A DNA stretch of 64,000 nucleotides from Candidatus Palauibacter polyketidifaciens (GTDB taxonomy: Bacteria; Gemmatimonadota; Gemmatimonadetes; Palauibacterales; Palauibacteraceae): NCBI RefSeq assembly GCF_947581785.1, contig NZ_CANPVO010000006.1, forward strand, positions 37,326-101,325. Reading direction: 5' to 3'. The notes below the pieces were generated by a model, which saw only the letters and a list, made by a program, of their open reading frames with translations, was not told the DNA's origin and searched no databases. Every line of letters begins with the position of its first letter. The stretch's first letter is position 1. The position numbers and the translations under genes are program-made. Shown here piece after piece: positions 51,940 to 60,827 of the stretch.

Positions 51940-52962
51940 TCAGGCCGGATGCAGCCCGGGGAACTCGAGCCCCCGCGCCTCCGGCAACCCGTGCATCACG
52001 TTGAACGCCTGCACCGCCTGTCCCGCCGCTCCCTTCATGAGATTGTCGATCGCGCTCAGGACCACGACCCGGCTCGAGAGCGGATCGCGCTCGAACCCCA
52101 CGTCACAGTAGTTCGCGCCCGCCAGGAGGTTGGGGTCGGGATAACGGTGGATGCCGCTTCGCTCCTTGACGATGCGCACGAACGGTTCGTCGGCGTATGC
52201 GCTCCGATAGATCTTCCACAGCGCCTTCTCATCGAGATCCCGGTTCAGGAATACGTGACAGGTGGCGAGGACGCCGCGCACCATTTCGACCGCCGTCGCG
52301 GAGAAATGCACCTCGCCGCCGAGCACCGCGGCGATCTCGGCCGCGTGGCGGTGGCCCGTCGGCCGATACGACCGCATGGCGCCGCTGCGCTCCGGGTGGT
52401 GGCTGCCCTCGCTGGCGCGGTTCCCGGCCTCGCTCGATCCCACCTTCACCTCGATCACGACCGAGTCCGCGACCCCCTCCCGGTACAGCGGCAGAAGCCC
52501 GAGGATGGAAGCCGTCGCGTTACAGCCCGCGCACGCGACGAGATCCGCGACCGCCAGCGCCTCGCGGTTCACCTCCGCGATCCCGTACACGAACGATCCC
52601 AGGAGTTCCGGCCGAGGGTGCGGCCGGCCGTAGAAGCGCTCATAGTCGGCCCCGTCGTCGAGCCGGAAGTCCGCGCCCAGGTCGACGATCCGCCCCGCCA
52701 GAGACCGGAACTCGTCGATACGGCGGGACGACTCCCCGTGCGGGAGACAGAGGAAGAGCACGTCGCACTCCGACAGCTCTTCGAGCGTGCTGAAGCGCAG
52801 TCGCGTGACGCCCCGCAGGTTGGGATGGACCCGGGGCGCGAACCGCCCCGCGAAGCGCTCCGATGTGATCTGCCGCACATCGACGTCCGGATGGCCGAGC
52901 AGCAGCCTCAACAGTTCCCCGCCGGCGTAGCCGGATCCGCCCGCGATCGACGCGCGGATCAT
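51940..52962 (-). CDS. lysY: N-acetyl-gamma-glutamyl-phosphate/[LysW]-aminoadipate-6-phosphate reductase
   Basis: Trimmed to ATG 52962 (ATGA overlap with the lysX stop). [16 protein letters not shown], the active-site Cys in CAGCNATA, and [13 protein letters not shown]. Confidence 0.85.
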   Translation of the reverse strand: MIRASIAGGSGYAGGELLRLLLGHPDVDVRQITSERFAGRFAPRVHPNLRGVTRLRFSTLEELSECDVLFLCLPHGESSRRIDEFRSLAGRIVDLGADFRLDDGADYERFYGRPHPRPELLGSFVYGIAEVNREALAVADLVACAGCNATASILGLLPLYREGVADSVVIEVKVGSSEAGNRASEGSHHPERSGAMRSYRPTGHRHAAEIAAVLGGEVHFSATAVEMVRGVLATCHVFLNRDLDEKALWKIYRSAYADEPFVRIVKERSGIHRYPDPNLLAGANYCDVGFERDPLSSRVVVLSAIDNLMKGAAGQAVQAFNVMHGLPEARGLEFPGLHPA

Positions 52963-53807
52963 CGGTCCGCCGCCCGGTCCGGCGAGGCGACGTAGGACAC
53001 GATCCTCTCCGGAATGTTCACGCCCGTCGCCTCGATGCTGTTCCGGAACTCCATCGTGTAGTTCACCTCGTTGACCAGCAGTTCGCCGCCGCTCTCGAGC
53101 AGATCCACCGCGACCACGCCCCCGCCCATGGCGGCCGCCGCCCGCAGGGACAGCTCCGCGATCTCGCTCGTCACCGGACAGTTCGAGGCCGTTCCGCCGC
53201 GGGCCGTATTCGTGATCCAGTGCTCGGATGACCGGTAGATGGCCGCCACGCAGTCGTCGCCCACGACGAACGCGCGGATGTCGCGGCCGCCCTTCTCGAC
53301 ATACTTCTGTACGAAGAAGATCGAGTGATGATAGCTGCCCAGGATCGCCTTGTGTTCGAGGACCGTCTCCGCCGCGTGCCGGTCGTTGATCCTCGACAGC
53401 AGGCGGCCCCAGGAGCCGACTGCGGGCTTGAGGACCACGGGATAGCCGAGTTCCTCGATGGCCTCGAGCGCGGATTCCTCGGTGAACGCGACCCTGGCTT
53501 CGGGCTGCGGCACACCGCATTCCTGGAGCGACGCCGCGGTGAGGATCTTGTCCCCGCAGCGGCGCGACACCTCGTAGCGGTTCACGCAATCGAGACCGGC
53601 CCCCTCGAAGAGCCGCAACGCGTGCATGGCCCGCGAGTGGTTGATGCAGCGCTCCAGAACGACATCGACGTCCGGGACGTTCCGGAAATCGAACGTGAGC
53701 TTGCGGTCGTCCAGAAACACCAGTTCGACGTCGCCGCGCCCGCGCAACTCCGCGATCAGCAGCTTCTCGTCCTTGCGGATGAGGGAATGAAGAAAGCCGA
53801 CTCTCAT
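52959..53807 (-). CDS. lysX: RimK-type ATP-grasp ligase, [LysW]-alpha-aminoadipate/glutamate ligase
   Basis: Trimmed to ATG 53807. [41 protein letters not shown] and [11 protein letters not shown] are LysX/ArgX-like. Confidence 0.85.
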   Translation of the reverse strand: MRVGFLHSLIRKDEKLLIAELRGRGDVELVFLDDRKLTFDFRNVPDVDVVLERCINHSRAMHALRLFEGAGLDCVNRYEVSRRCGDKILTAASLQECGVPQPEARVAFTEESALEAIEELGYPVVLKPAVGSWGRLLSRINDRHAAETVLEHKAILGSYHHSIFFVQKYVEKGGRDIRAFVVGDDCVAAIYRSSEHWITNTARGGTASNCPVTSEIAELSLRAAAAMGGGVVAVDLLESGGELLVNEVNYTMEFRNSIEATGVNIPERIVSYVASPDRAADR

Positions 53808-53968
53808 TCGCCCCAGTCCTCCTCCGCGTCCGGCGCCTCTCCAAGGGTGATGGGGTCGAGCGCGAGGATCTCGAGCTCGACGCCGCACTCCTCACATTCG
53901 AGCAACTCACCTTCGACGGGGTCGTCGGAAATCGTCGGTTCCGCGCCGCATACAGGACATTCCGGCAT
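53804..53968 (-). CDS. lysW: amino-group carrier protein LysW (54 aa; not in ORF track)
   Basis: My translation is [54 protein letters not shown]. It has a zinc-ribbon CxxC...CxxC and the hallmark C-terminal EDWGE. GGAGG lies 9 nt upstream. Its stop overlaps the lysX ATG (ATGA). Confidence 0.85.
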   Translation of the reverse strand: MPECPVCGAEPTISDDPVEGELLECEECGVELEILALDPITLGEAPDAEEDWGE

Positions 53969-54044
53969 GCCGTTCATCCTCCATTTGGGTTCTTTGCAAG
54001 AGTTCCATACACAGGTTATTCGAGCAGAAAGAGACTTGGTACCG

Positions 54045-54749
54045 TCAGTCTGCCGCCGGGTTCCGGAAAGGAAGCCGCAGCGCCAGGAAGAGCCCGATGG
54101 CCACCGGTTCGAGGAGCGGAATGTACCACGGCCAGTTCGGGAAAACGTCCAGTATCGATGCCGTCGGCGGCTTGTCGATAAGATACAGGTAGTTGGACCC
54201 GAGTACGCGGTTGATGGGATACACCGCGATGGCGTACACGTTCAGCAGGCCGAACGCCAGCCAGGGATCCCGCGCCTTCGGCCGGTAGTCCTCCACCGTC
54301 ACCGCCCACACGCCCGCGATGACGGCGATTCCGTGCGACGCCATCGTCTCGTAGAAGGCGAAATGGAGAACGCCGTGGGACGCATCGGGCGTCAGCACGG
54401 CCTGAACGGCCCCCGCGACGCCGAAGAAGTACATGAGCCGAAGGGTCCAGAGGTGCCGCGTCCACAGCCCGTACACCGTCATCCAGGCCATCGCCGCGCA
54501 CAGGTGCAGCGGGAGGTCGTTCTGCAGGGTCCATATCCCGACCGAAGCTTTCCACATGTGCCTGAGGCCGAGGAGAAGGAGGATCGCGGCGCCCATGGCG
54601 AAGCGGAGGCGGCGGCGCCGATCCTCGTCGCCAGCCATGCCTGCCCGGATCAGACAGACTCCGATCGCGACCAACACGCCCATCGTCACGAGATGGACCG
54701 GGCCGAAGAGATCCAGCGGTACCGACTCCGTCCCGAAGAACCCGCTCAT
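54045..54749 (-). CDS. YwaF/TMEM164-like integral membrane protein (TIGR02206-type)
   Basis: Seven hydrophobic segments. LPLHLCAAMAW...FFGVAGAVQAVLTPD resembles the YwaF family. Tentative. Confidence 0.55.
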   Translation of the reverse strand: MSGFFGTESVPLDLFGPVHLVTMGVLVAIGVCLIRAGMAGDEDRRRRLRFAMGAAILLLLGLRHMWKASVGIWTLQNDLPLHLCAAMAWMTVYGLWTRHLWTLRLMYFFGVAGAVQAVLTPDASHGVLHFAFYETMASHGIAVIAGVWAVTVEDYRPKARDPWLAFGLLNVYAIAVYPINRVLGSNYLYLIDKPPTASILDVFPNWPWYIPLLEPVAIGLFLALRLPFRNPAAD

Positions 54750-54793
54750 GTCAGGCTGTCACGCCGCGTGGGCCGACCGGACGCGCCACGGGT

Positions 54794-56707
54794 TCACGCA
54801 TCCGCGTCCGCGAGCGAGGAGGTGGGGATCTCGGGCCCCTCCACCCGCCGTCCATCCCGCAGCGTCACGTACGCCTCCATGGCGTAGTAGGCCGGAAGTC
54901 CCAGGGCGGCCAGCCGGTCGGCGGTATCCCGGTTTCGCTCGACGACGCGCTGCCAGAATTCGCGCGGGTCCGGTCCGGGGAAGGGGGCCGAGTCCTTCTG
55001 CGACTCGTGCCGGAAGATCGCCTGGACCTTGCCGTGCAGTTCGCGTTCGGAGAGCGGTACGAGGACCGTCGCTTCGTCCAGATCCCACTCCTGCCACGCG
55101 CCGCGGTAGAGCCAGAGCCACGGCGGGTCGCCGCGGTAGCCGGCGAGCGCCGCATCCACCGTCTCGAGGCACATGCGGTGCGTGCCGTGCGGATCGGACA
55201 GGTCCCCGGCGGCGAACACGATCGTCGGCCGCACTTCCTCCAGCACCCGCGCGACGATCTCCACGTCCTCCGACGTGATCGGGTTCTTCTTCACCGCTCC
55301 CGTCTGATAGAACGGCTGGTTCAGAAAGCGGGCGCGGTCGGCGGAGAGCCCCAGCGATTCGATCGCGGCCGTGGCCTCCGTCTCGCGGATGATCCGCTTG
55401 AGTTGTTGAACCACGCCGGGATCGACGTCCCCCGGCTCCTTGCGGGCGAGCCGATGCTCGAGAGACCGCAGCACCCCCTTGAGGTTCGCGGCGTCGCCGA
55501 GCTCGATGATGCCGGCCGCGCGCCGCAGGAAGTCCAGGTAGCGGCGCACCTCGTGGTCGAAGACGGCGATGTTCCCGGAAGTCTGATACGCCACCGTGAC
55601 GCGGTTGCCGTTCTCGACCAGCTTGCGCAGCAGTCCGCCCATCGAAATCACATCATCGTCCGGGTGAGGCGAGAAGACGACGATGTCCTGGTCGCGCGGC
55701 AGCCTGCTCTTCCCCCGGATCTTGGAGATGAGCGCGTTGAAGACCTGTCCGTTGATCGGCCCGGCCGAACCGTGCCGGGACGTGAGCGGAGCGAGGTGAT
55801 TCGCGCGATAATCGTCGGTCGCGAGGTGCAGGATCGACTTGTCGATGCGTTCGCTCAGCCAGATGACAGCCGCGGTCTCGCGCTCGGCCGTCCACTCCAC
55901 ATCGCCCACGAGCCACGGCGTGCGGACGCGGGTGAGATCGGACGCGGCGGCCGGATCGAGATAGACCGTCGCGGCGGCGTGTTGCTGCAGAAAGGTCGCG
56001 GCGACATCCGCGTGGACCTCACCTTCGACGGCTCGACGCACGATCCCGGCCTTGTGTTCGCCCGTCGCGAGCAGCACGACTTCCCGCGCTTCGAGAATCG
56101 TGGCCACGCCCATGGTGATCGCCTGCGGCGGCACGTTCTCCTCGCCGAAGAAATCGGACGCGGCATCGCTCCGGGTGACGGTGTCCAGATAGAGCCGCCG
56201 GGTGCGCGAGTCGCGCTCGGACCCCGGCTCGTTGAAACCGATGTGACCGCTGCGCCCGATCCCGAGAATCTGGAAGTCGATCCCGCCCGCCTGCCGGATG
56301 CGGCGCTCGAACTCGACGCAGTGTGCCTCGACGTCCGCTTCCCGCACATCACCTCGAGGGATGTGGCGGTGTTCCGCCGGGATGTTCACATGGTCGAACA
56401 GGTGCTCCCGCATGTAGCGGTGATAGCTGTGCAGGCTGCCGGGCCGCATCGGGAAGTACTCATCGAGGTTGAAGGCGACCGCGTTGGAGAAGTCGAGTCC
56501 TTCGTCCCGGTGCAGGCGGATGAGTTCCCGATAGACGCCGACGGGCGTGGCGCCGGTTGCGAGGCCGAGGACGGCGGAGCGCCCGTTCTCCGCCCTCTCT
56601 CGCAGGAGCGTCGCGATCCGGCCCGCGACTTCGGCGGCGATGCTGTCGTGGTCCGGCATGATCCGGACGGGCACACGTTCCCTCCGCGCGTGCCCCGCAG
56701 CGCTCAT
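54794..56707 (-). CDS. nagB: glucosamine-6-phosphate deaminase fused to a LmbE/PIG-L-type deacetylase domain
   Basis: The N-terminal half has LGLATGATP, FNLDEY and GIGRSGHIGFNEPGS. The C-terminal half has VVFSPHPDDDVISMGG and GDLSDPHGTHR. Alternative starts are GTG 56674 and ATG 56659. Confidence 0.85.
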   Translation of the reverse strand: MSAAGHARRERVPVRIMPDHDSIAAEVAGRIATLLRERAENGRSAVLGLATGATPVGVYRELIRLHRDEGLDFSNAVAFNLDEYFPMRPGSLHSYHRYMREHLFDHVNIPAEHRHIPRGDVREADVEAHCVEFERRIRQAGGIDFQILGIGRSGHIGFNEPGSERDSRTRRLYLDTVTRSDAASDFFGEENVPPQAITMGVATILEAREVVLLATGEHKAGIVRRAVEGEVHADVAATFLQQHAAATVYLDPAAASDLTRVRTPWLVGDVEWTAERETAAVIWLSERIDKSILHLATDDYRANHLAPLTSRHGSAGPINGQVFNALISKIRGKSRLPRDQDIVVFSPHPDDDVISMGGLLRKLVENGNRVTVAYQTSGNIAVFDHEVRRYLDFLRRAAGIIELGDAANLKGVLRSLEHRLARKEPGDVDPGVVQQLKRIIRETEATAAIESLGLSADRARFLNQPFYQTGAVKKNPITSEDVEIVARVLEEVRPTIVFAAGDLSDPHGTHRMCLETVDAALAGYRGDPPWLWLYRGAWQEWDLDEATVLVPLSERELHGKVQAIFRHESQKDSAPFPGPDPREFWQRVVERNRDTADRLAALGLPAYYAMEAYVTLRDGRRVEGPEIPTSSLADADA

Positions 56708-56737
56708 CCGGTCATCCGCCCGTCGCGGGACACGGCA

Positions 56738-59575
56738 CTAGGGGACCTTCTGCTCCGGGAGCAGCACGAACCGGGCGTACTGGTCGGTGCGGAGGTAACG
56801 GACGGCGGCCTCCCGCACCTGCTCCGCGGTCCAGCTTTCGATCCCCTCGAAGCTCGGGATCTCGTTCAGATCCCAGCCTCCGCGCTCGAAACTCGCCAAC
56901 TGGTTCAGCCAGTACCGGTTCTCGCGCAGGCTCGTCTCCAGCCCCCGCCGCTGTGTCTCGCGGACCTTGCCCACGGTCTCCGCGTCCGGCCCCTCGGTCC
57001 TGAGCCGCTCGATCTCCTCGAAGACCACGGAGGAGAGTTCCTCGGCGCGCTCGGGCGCGGACCCGAACCCGATGGTCACGCTGTATTCCTCGTCGGGCCG
57101 GTACGTAAGCCGTCCGTTCACGCCCACGCTGTACGTTCCGCCCAGGTCTTCGCGCAGCAACTCACGCAGCCGGATCTGCAGAACCTCCGCCATGGCGTAG
57201 ATGGCACCCGCCTCTTCGCGCGAGTACTCGGCGTCTCCGGCGAAGATGATCTGCGTGCGGCTCTGCGGCTCCAGCCCCTTGTACACAACAGTCTCGATCA
57301 CGCCCGCGGGAGGGTCGATGTCGTGATCCACCCAGTTCTCCACCCGCCCCAGATTGGGGAGCGCACCGAGATACCGCTCTACGAGGGGACGCATCATCGC
57401 GAGATCGAAGGCGCCCGTGAAGTAGAAGGTGAAGTCGCTGGCGTCCGCGAAGCGCTCCCGGAAGATCTCGTAGCCCGCGTCGAGGTCGGCCTGCAGGAGG
57501 TCATCCATGAGCTGGCTCACCCGCTGGACCCGCGGATGTCCCTGGGACATGATGGCCGAAACGGTGTCGGAAAACACGACGTTGGGATTGGCCCCGACGT
57601 TCGCGAGCACTGCCGTCTGCTGTGCCTTGAGCGCCTCGAACATCGTCTCATCCCTGCGGGGCGCCGAGAAGTACAGGTAGATGAGCTGAAACGCCGTCTC
57701 GACATCCTGCGGGGACGACGACCCTCCGATCCCTTCCGAAAGCGACCCCAGCAACGGCGAGACACGAACGGCCTTGCCGGTGAGCTTCTTCCCAAGCTCG
57801 GTCTGATCGAACTCCCCGACTCCCGACTGGGCGATGACGTTGAGGGCGAACGACGTCTTCCGCATCAGATCGTCGGGAAGCAGCGACGTGCCGCCGGGGC
57901 TCGTCGCGGAGAAGAGAATCTCGTCGTCCTTGAAGTCGGTGGGCTTGAGGACGACGCGCACGCCGTTCTCCAGAGTCCAGATGGAGACGCCCACATCCTC
58001 GAGCGTCTCCTCCGAAACGACCGGCGCGCCCTCGGGGACGACGGGGAGGAGGGGAGCATCGGCCGCCACGTCCACGTACGCTTCGATCTCCGCGCCCGAA
58101 ACCGACGCGAAGACGCCGACCAGGTCCGCCTCCGCAGGGGTCTCGAGACCGTCCTTCTCGGGCGCGTTGACCAGGATGATGCGCCCTTCCTCCGCCAGCC
58201 ACGCCTGGGCGACGGCGTTGGTCTCGGCGAGCGTGATCCCGGGCAGCAGGGCGTCCACGAGCGCCGTCTGCGTCTCGATGGACGGGTACGGACTATCCTG
58301 AAGAAACGCCTGCAGGTAGCGGTTCGCGAGCACGATCGACTCCTGGTTCTCTCGCTCCGCGAGTCGCCGCTCGTAGGCACGTCTCACGTCCGTCTTCTGC
58401 CGCTCCAGCTCCGTCCCGGTGAAGCCGTGCCGCACGACGCGCTCCGCCTCCATCAGCAGCGCCTCGAGCCCGCGTTCAATCCCGCCATCCCCGACCACCG
58501 CCGCGAGCTGGTAGGCGTCCACTCCCCGCGCGAACTGGCCCTGGCCCGAGAACCCCACCAGGAAGGGCGCGTCGGCCTGCAGCCGGAGTTCATCGAGGCG
58601 GGCGTTCAGCATGCCCGAGTAGAGGCCTTCGACGAGGCCGCGGCGAAAGTCGGCGACGGTGCCTCGCGGGGCCGGCGGCTGCTTGTACAGCACGCCGACC
58701 TGGCTCTGCATGGCTTCGGTGTCCGTCGCAATCGCGACGCGCGGCGGGTGGTCCACGGGGATGTCGGCGAACACCCGCGGACGGGGCTCCGCGGGTCCGG
58801 TCAGCCCGGCGAACTGCTCGCGGATCGTCGACTCGATCTCGCGGTCGTCGAAATCACCGACGGCGATGATCGCCATCAGGTCCGGCCGGTACCAGTCCTC
58901 ATAAAAGTCGCGCAGCCGCTCGACGGGGGCCGTCTCGAGGATCTCCGTCTTCCCGATCGGGAGACGCTCAGCGTAGAGCGACCCCTCGAACATGACGGGG
59001 AACTGCCGGTCCTGCATCCGCGCCTGGGCGCCTCGCCGTCCGCGCCATTCCTCGATCACGACGCCGCGCTCCTTGTCGACCTCCTCCGGGTCGAAGCGCA
59101 CGCCCTGGGCCCAGTCCCCGAGGATTCGGAACGCGGTGGCCAGCATCTCCGGGTCGTCCATCGGCACCTGGAGCATGTAGACTGTCTCGTCGAAGCTCGT
59201 GTAGGCGTTGATGTCGGGGCCGAACTGCATCCCGATCGACTCGAGATAGTCGACGAGCGCCTGCTTCTCGAAGTTCTCCGTCCCGTTGAACGCCATGTGC
59301 TCGACGAAATGTGCGAGCCCGAGCTGGTCCTCGTCCTCGAGGATGGAGCCCGCGTTCACGACGAGGCGCAGTTCCGCCCGGTTCTCCGGCTGATCGTTTT
59401 CATGCACGAAGTAGCGCAGACCGTTGTCCAGCGTCCCGGTGATGACGGCCGGATCCGGCGGAATCGGATCCGTCGGAGCCGGGGTCTGCGCCGCCGCTCC
59501 GGAAGCGGAGAGGGAGGAAAGGAGGATGACGGCGATCGAAACGAAAGCGAGGCCGGGCAAGCGGGACGTCTTCAT
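56738..59575 (-). CDS. M16-family (pitrilysin/insulinase-like) zinc peptidase, double-unit, secreted
   Basis: Trimmed to ATG 59575, which gives signal MKTSRLPGLAFVSIAVILLSSLSASGAAAQ. GLAHFVEHMAFNGT carries the inverted HxxEH motif. Confidence 0.85.
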   Translation of the reverse strand: MKTSRLPGLAFVSIAVILLSSLSASGAAAQTPAPTDPIPPDPAVITGTLDNGLRYFVHENDQPENRAELRLVVNAGSILEDEDQLGLAHFVEHMAFNGTENFEKQALVDYLESIGMQFGPDINAYTSFDETVYMLQVPMDDPEMLATAFRILGDWAQGVRFDPEEVDKERGVVIEEWRGRRGAQARMQDRQFPVMFEGSLYAERLPIGKTEILETAPVERLRDFYEDWYRPDLMAIIAVGDFDDREIESTIREQFAGLTGPAEPRPRVFADIPVDHPPRVAIATDTEAMQSQVGVLYKQPPAPRGTVADFRRGLVEGLYSGMLNARLDELRLQADAPFLVGFSGQGQFARGVDAYQLAAVVGDGGIERGLEALLMEAERVVRHGFTGTELERQKTDVRRAYERRLAERENQESIVLANRYLQAFLQDSPYPSIETQTALVDALLPGITLAETNAVAQAWLAEEGRIILVNAPEKDGLETPAEADLVGVFASVSGAEIEAYVDVAADAPLLPVVPEGAPVVSEETLEDVGVSIWTLENGVRVVLKPTDFKDDEILFSATSPGGTSLLPDDLMRKTSFALNVIAQSGVGEFDQTELGKKLTGKAVRVSPLLGSLSEGIGGSSSPQDVETAFQLIYLYFSAPRRDETMFEALKAQQTAVLANVGANPNVVFSDTVSAIMSQGHPRVQRVSQLMDDLLQADLDAGYEIFRERFADASDFTFYFTGAFDLAMMRPLVERYLGALPNLGRVENWVDHDIDPPAGVIETVVYKGLEPQSRTQIIFAGDAEYSREEAGAIYAMAEVLQIRLRELLREDLGGTYSVGVNGRLTYRPDEEYSVTIGFGSAPERAEELSSVVFEEIERLRTEGPDAETVGKVRETQRRGLETSLRENRYWLNQLASFERGGWDLNEIPSFEGIESWTAEQVREAAVRYLRTDQYARFVLLPEQKVP

Positions 59576-59788
59576 CCATGACTCTCGGCAGAGGGAGTGG
59601 CCTTCGGTGTGGAAGCCCGGCAAGATAGCCGACCTTCGGGAAAGCGGCGAGCTACGCGGCGCGAGGGGGGGTGCGGGTCTGGCCGGATTCGAGCGCCGGA
59701 TGCGACACTGGTGGGCGCTGGGTGATCTGGTCCGAAAGAACGGGAACAGGGAAGGGGAGGAACGAGTCGTGCTCAACCTCGGTTCGAC

Positions 59789-60778
59789 ATGAGATGGCGC
59801 AGCGTCTTCACGCTGGCGAAAGTCGTCGTCTGTATCCTCGCCACCGTCGCCGTCATTGCGGCGCTCGCCTGGTCGCAGGTGCAGCCCTCCACCTCCACCG
59901 TGGTTGACGAGATGGGTGGCTTCGGTACGGAATCTTCCGCGCCCTCGGGCGGAACCGCCTGGGCCCCGGAGGACTGGGCCGTCTTCGAGGAGAAGGTGCG
60001 GTTTGCCGCGGAGGGCGGGCTCGCGGAGATGGAGCTGGGAGAGTCCATCGTGCAGCTCGCCGAGACCTTCGTCGGGACGACGTACGAACCCGGCACCCTC
60101 GAAGTCCCCGGACCCGAGCGACTTGTGATCAACTTTCGCGAGCTCGATTGCGTGACGCTAGTCGAGACCGTTCTCGCCCTGACGCGGTTCGTTCGCGAGG
60201 AGGGTGTCGAGGGCCTTTCGGATCCCCCCGGCGCGCAGGCCCGCTACGAGGCCCACCTGACGGCGCTCCGATACCGTGGGGGCCGGCTCGACGGGTACCC
60301 GAGCCGCCTGCACTACTTCTCGGAATGGCTCGCGGACAACGAAGCCCGGGGGACCGTGCGCATCGCGACCGGTGAACTGAATCCCGCCATCGATCCGGAG
60401 CCCGTGAACTTCATGTCCCGGCACCCCGAAGCGTATCGGCAACTCTCCGAGCCCGGCGTGCTCCAGGCCATCGCGGCCACCGAGGCGCGGCTCGACGAGG
60501 GGCCCGGCCGGGAATACGTGCCGCAGGATAGGATCGCGCAGGTGGCGGACCGGATCCGCAACGGCGACGTGATCGCGGCCACTTCGACCGTCGAAGGGCT
60601 GGACGTCGCCCACACCGGATTCGCCGTGTGGCGCGACGGGGCGCTTCACCTCCTCCACGCCCCCCTCGTCGGCAGGTCCGTGGAGATTTCGGAGCGGCCG
60701 CTGCCGGAGCGGATCCTCTCCATCGACTCGCAGGACGGCATCATGGTCGCGCGCCCCGTCGAGCCGCCGCGCCCGTAG
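59789..60778 (+). CDS. DUF1460-type (N-acetylmuramoyl-L-alanine amidase-like) protein with N-terminal membrane anchor
   Basis: GTTYEPGTLE......LVINFRELDCVTLVETVLAL, YPSRLHYFSEWL and GDVIA...........VAHTGF resemble the DUF1460 family. Tentative. Confidence 0.5.
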   Translation: MRWRSVFTLAKVVVCILATVAVIAALAWSQVQPSTSTVVDEMGGFGTESSAPSGGTAWAPEDWAVFEEKVRFAAEGGLAEMELGESIVQLAETFVGTTYEPGTLEVPGPERLVINFRELDCVTLVETVLALTRFVREEGVEGLSDPPGAQARYEAHLTALRYRGGRLDGYPSRLHYFSEWLADNEARGTVRIATGELNPAIDPEPVNFMSRHPEAYRQLSEPGVLQAIAATEARLDEGPGREYVPQDRIAQVADRIRNGDVIAATSTVEGLDVAHTGFAVWRDGALHLLHAPLVGRSVEISERPLPERILSIDSQDGIMVARPVEPPRP

Positions 60779-60827
60779 CCTGAGGGCCGGCTCCGCCTCG
60801 ACGTCGGAGCCGGCCCGCGGGCGTTCG

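Noticed and set aside
55007-59581. 1524-aa ORF on the plus strand, the longest in the track
   Set aside because: It is antisense to the NagB-LmbE and M16 peptidase genes, both of which carry clear catalytic motifs. Its translation is Arg/Pro/Gly/Asp/Leu-rich with no recognisable domain. This is a typical high-GC shadow ORF.
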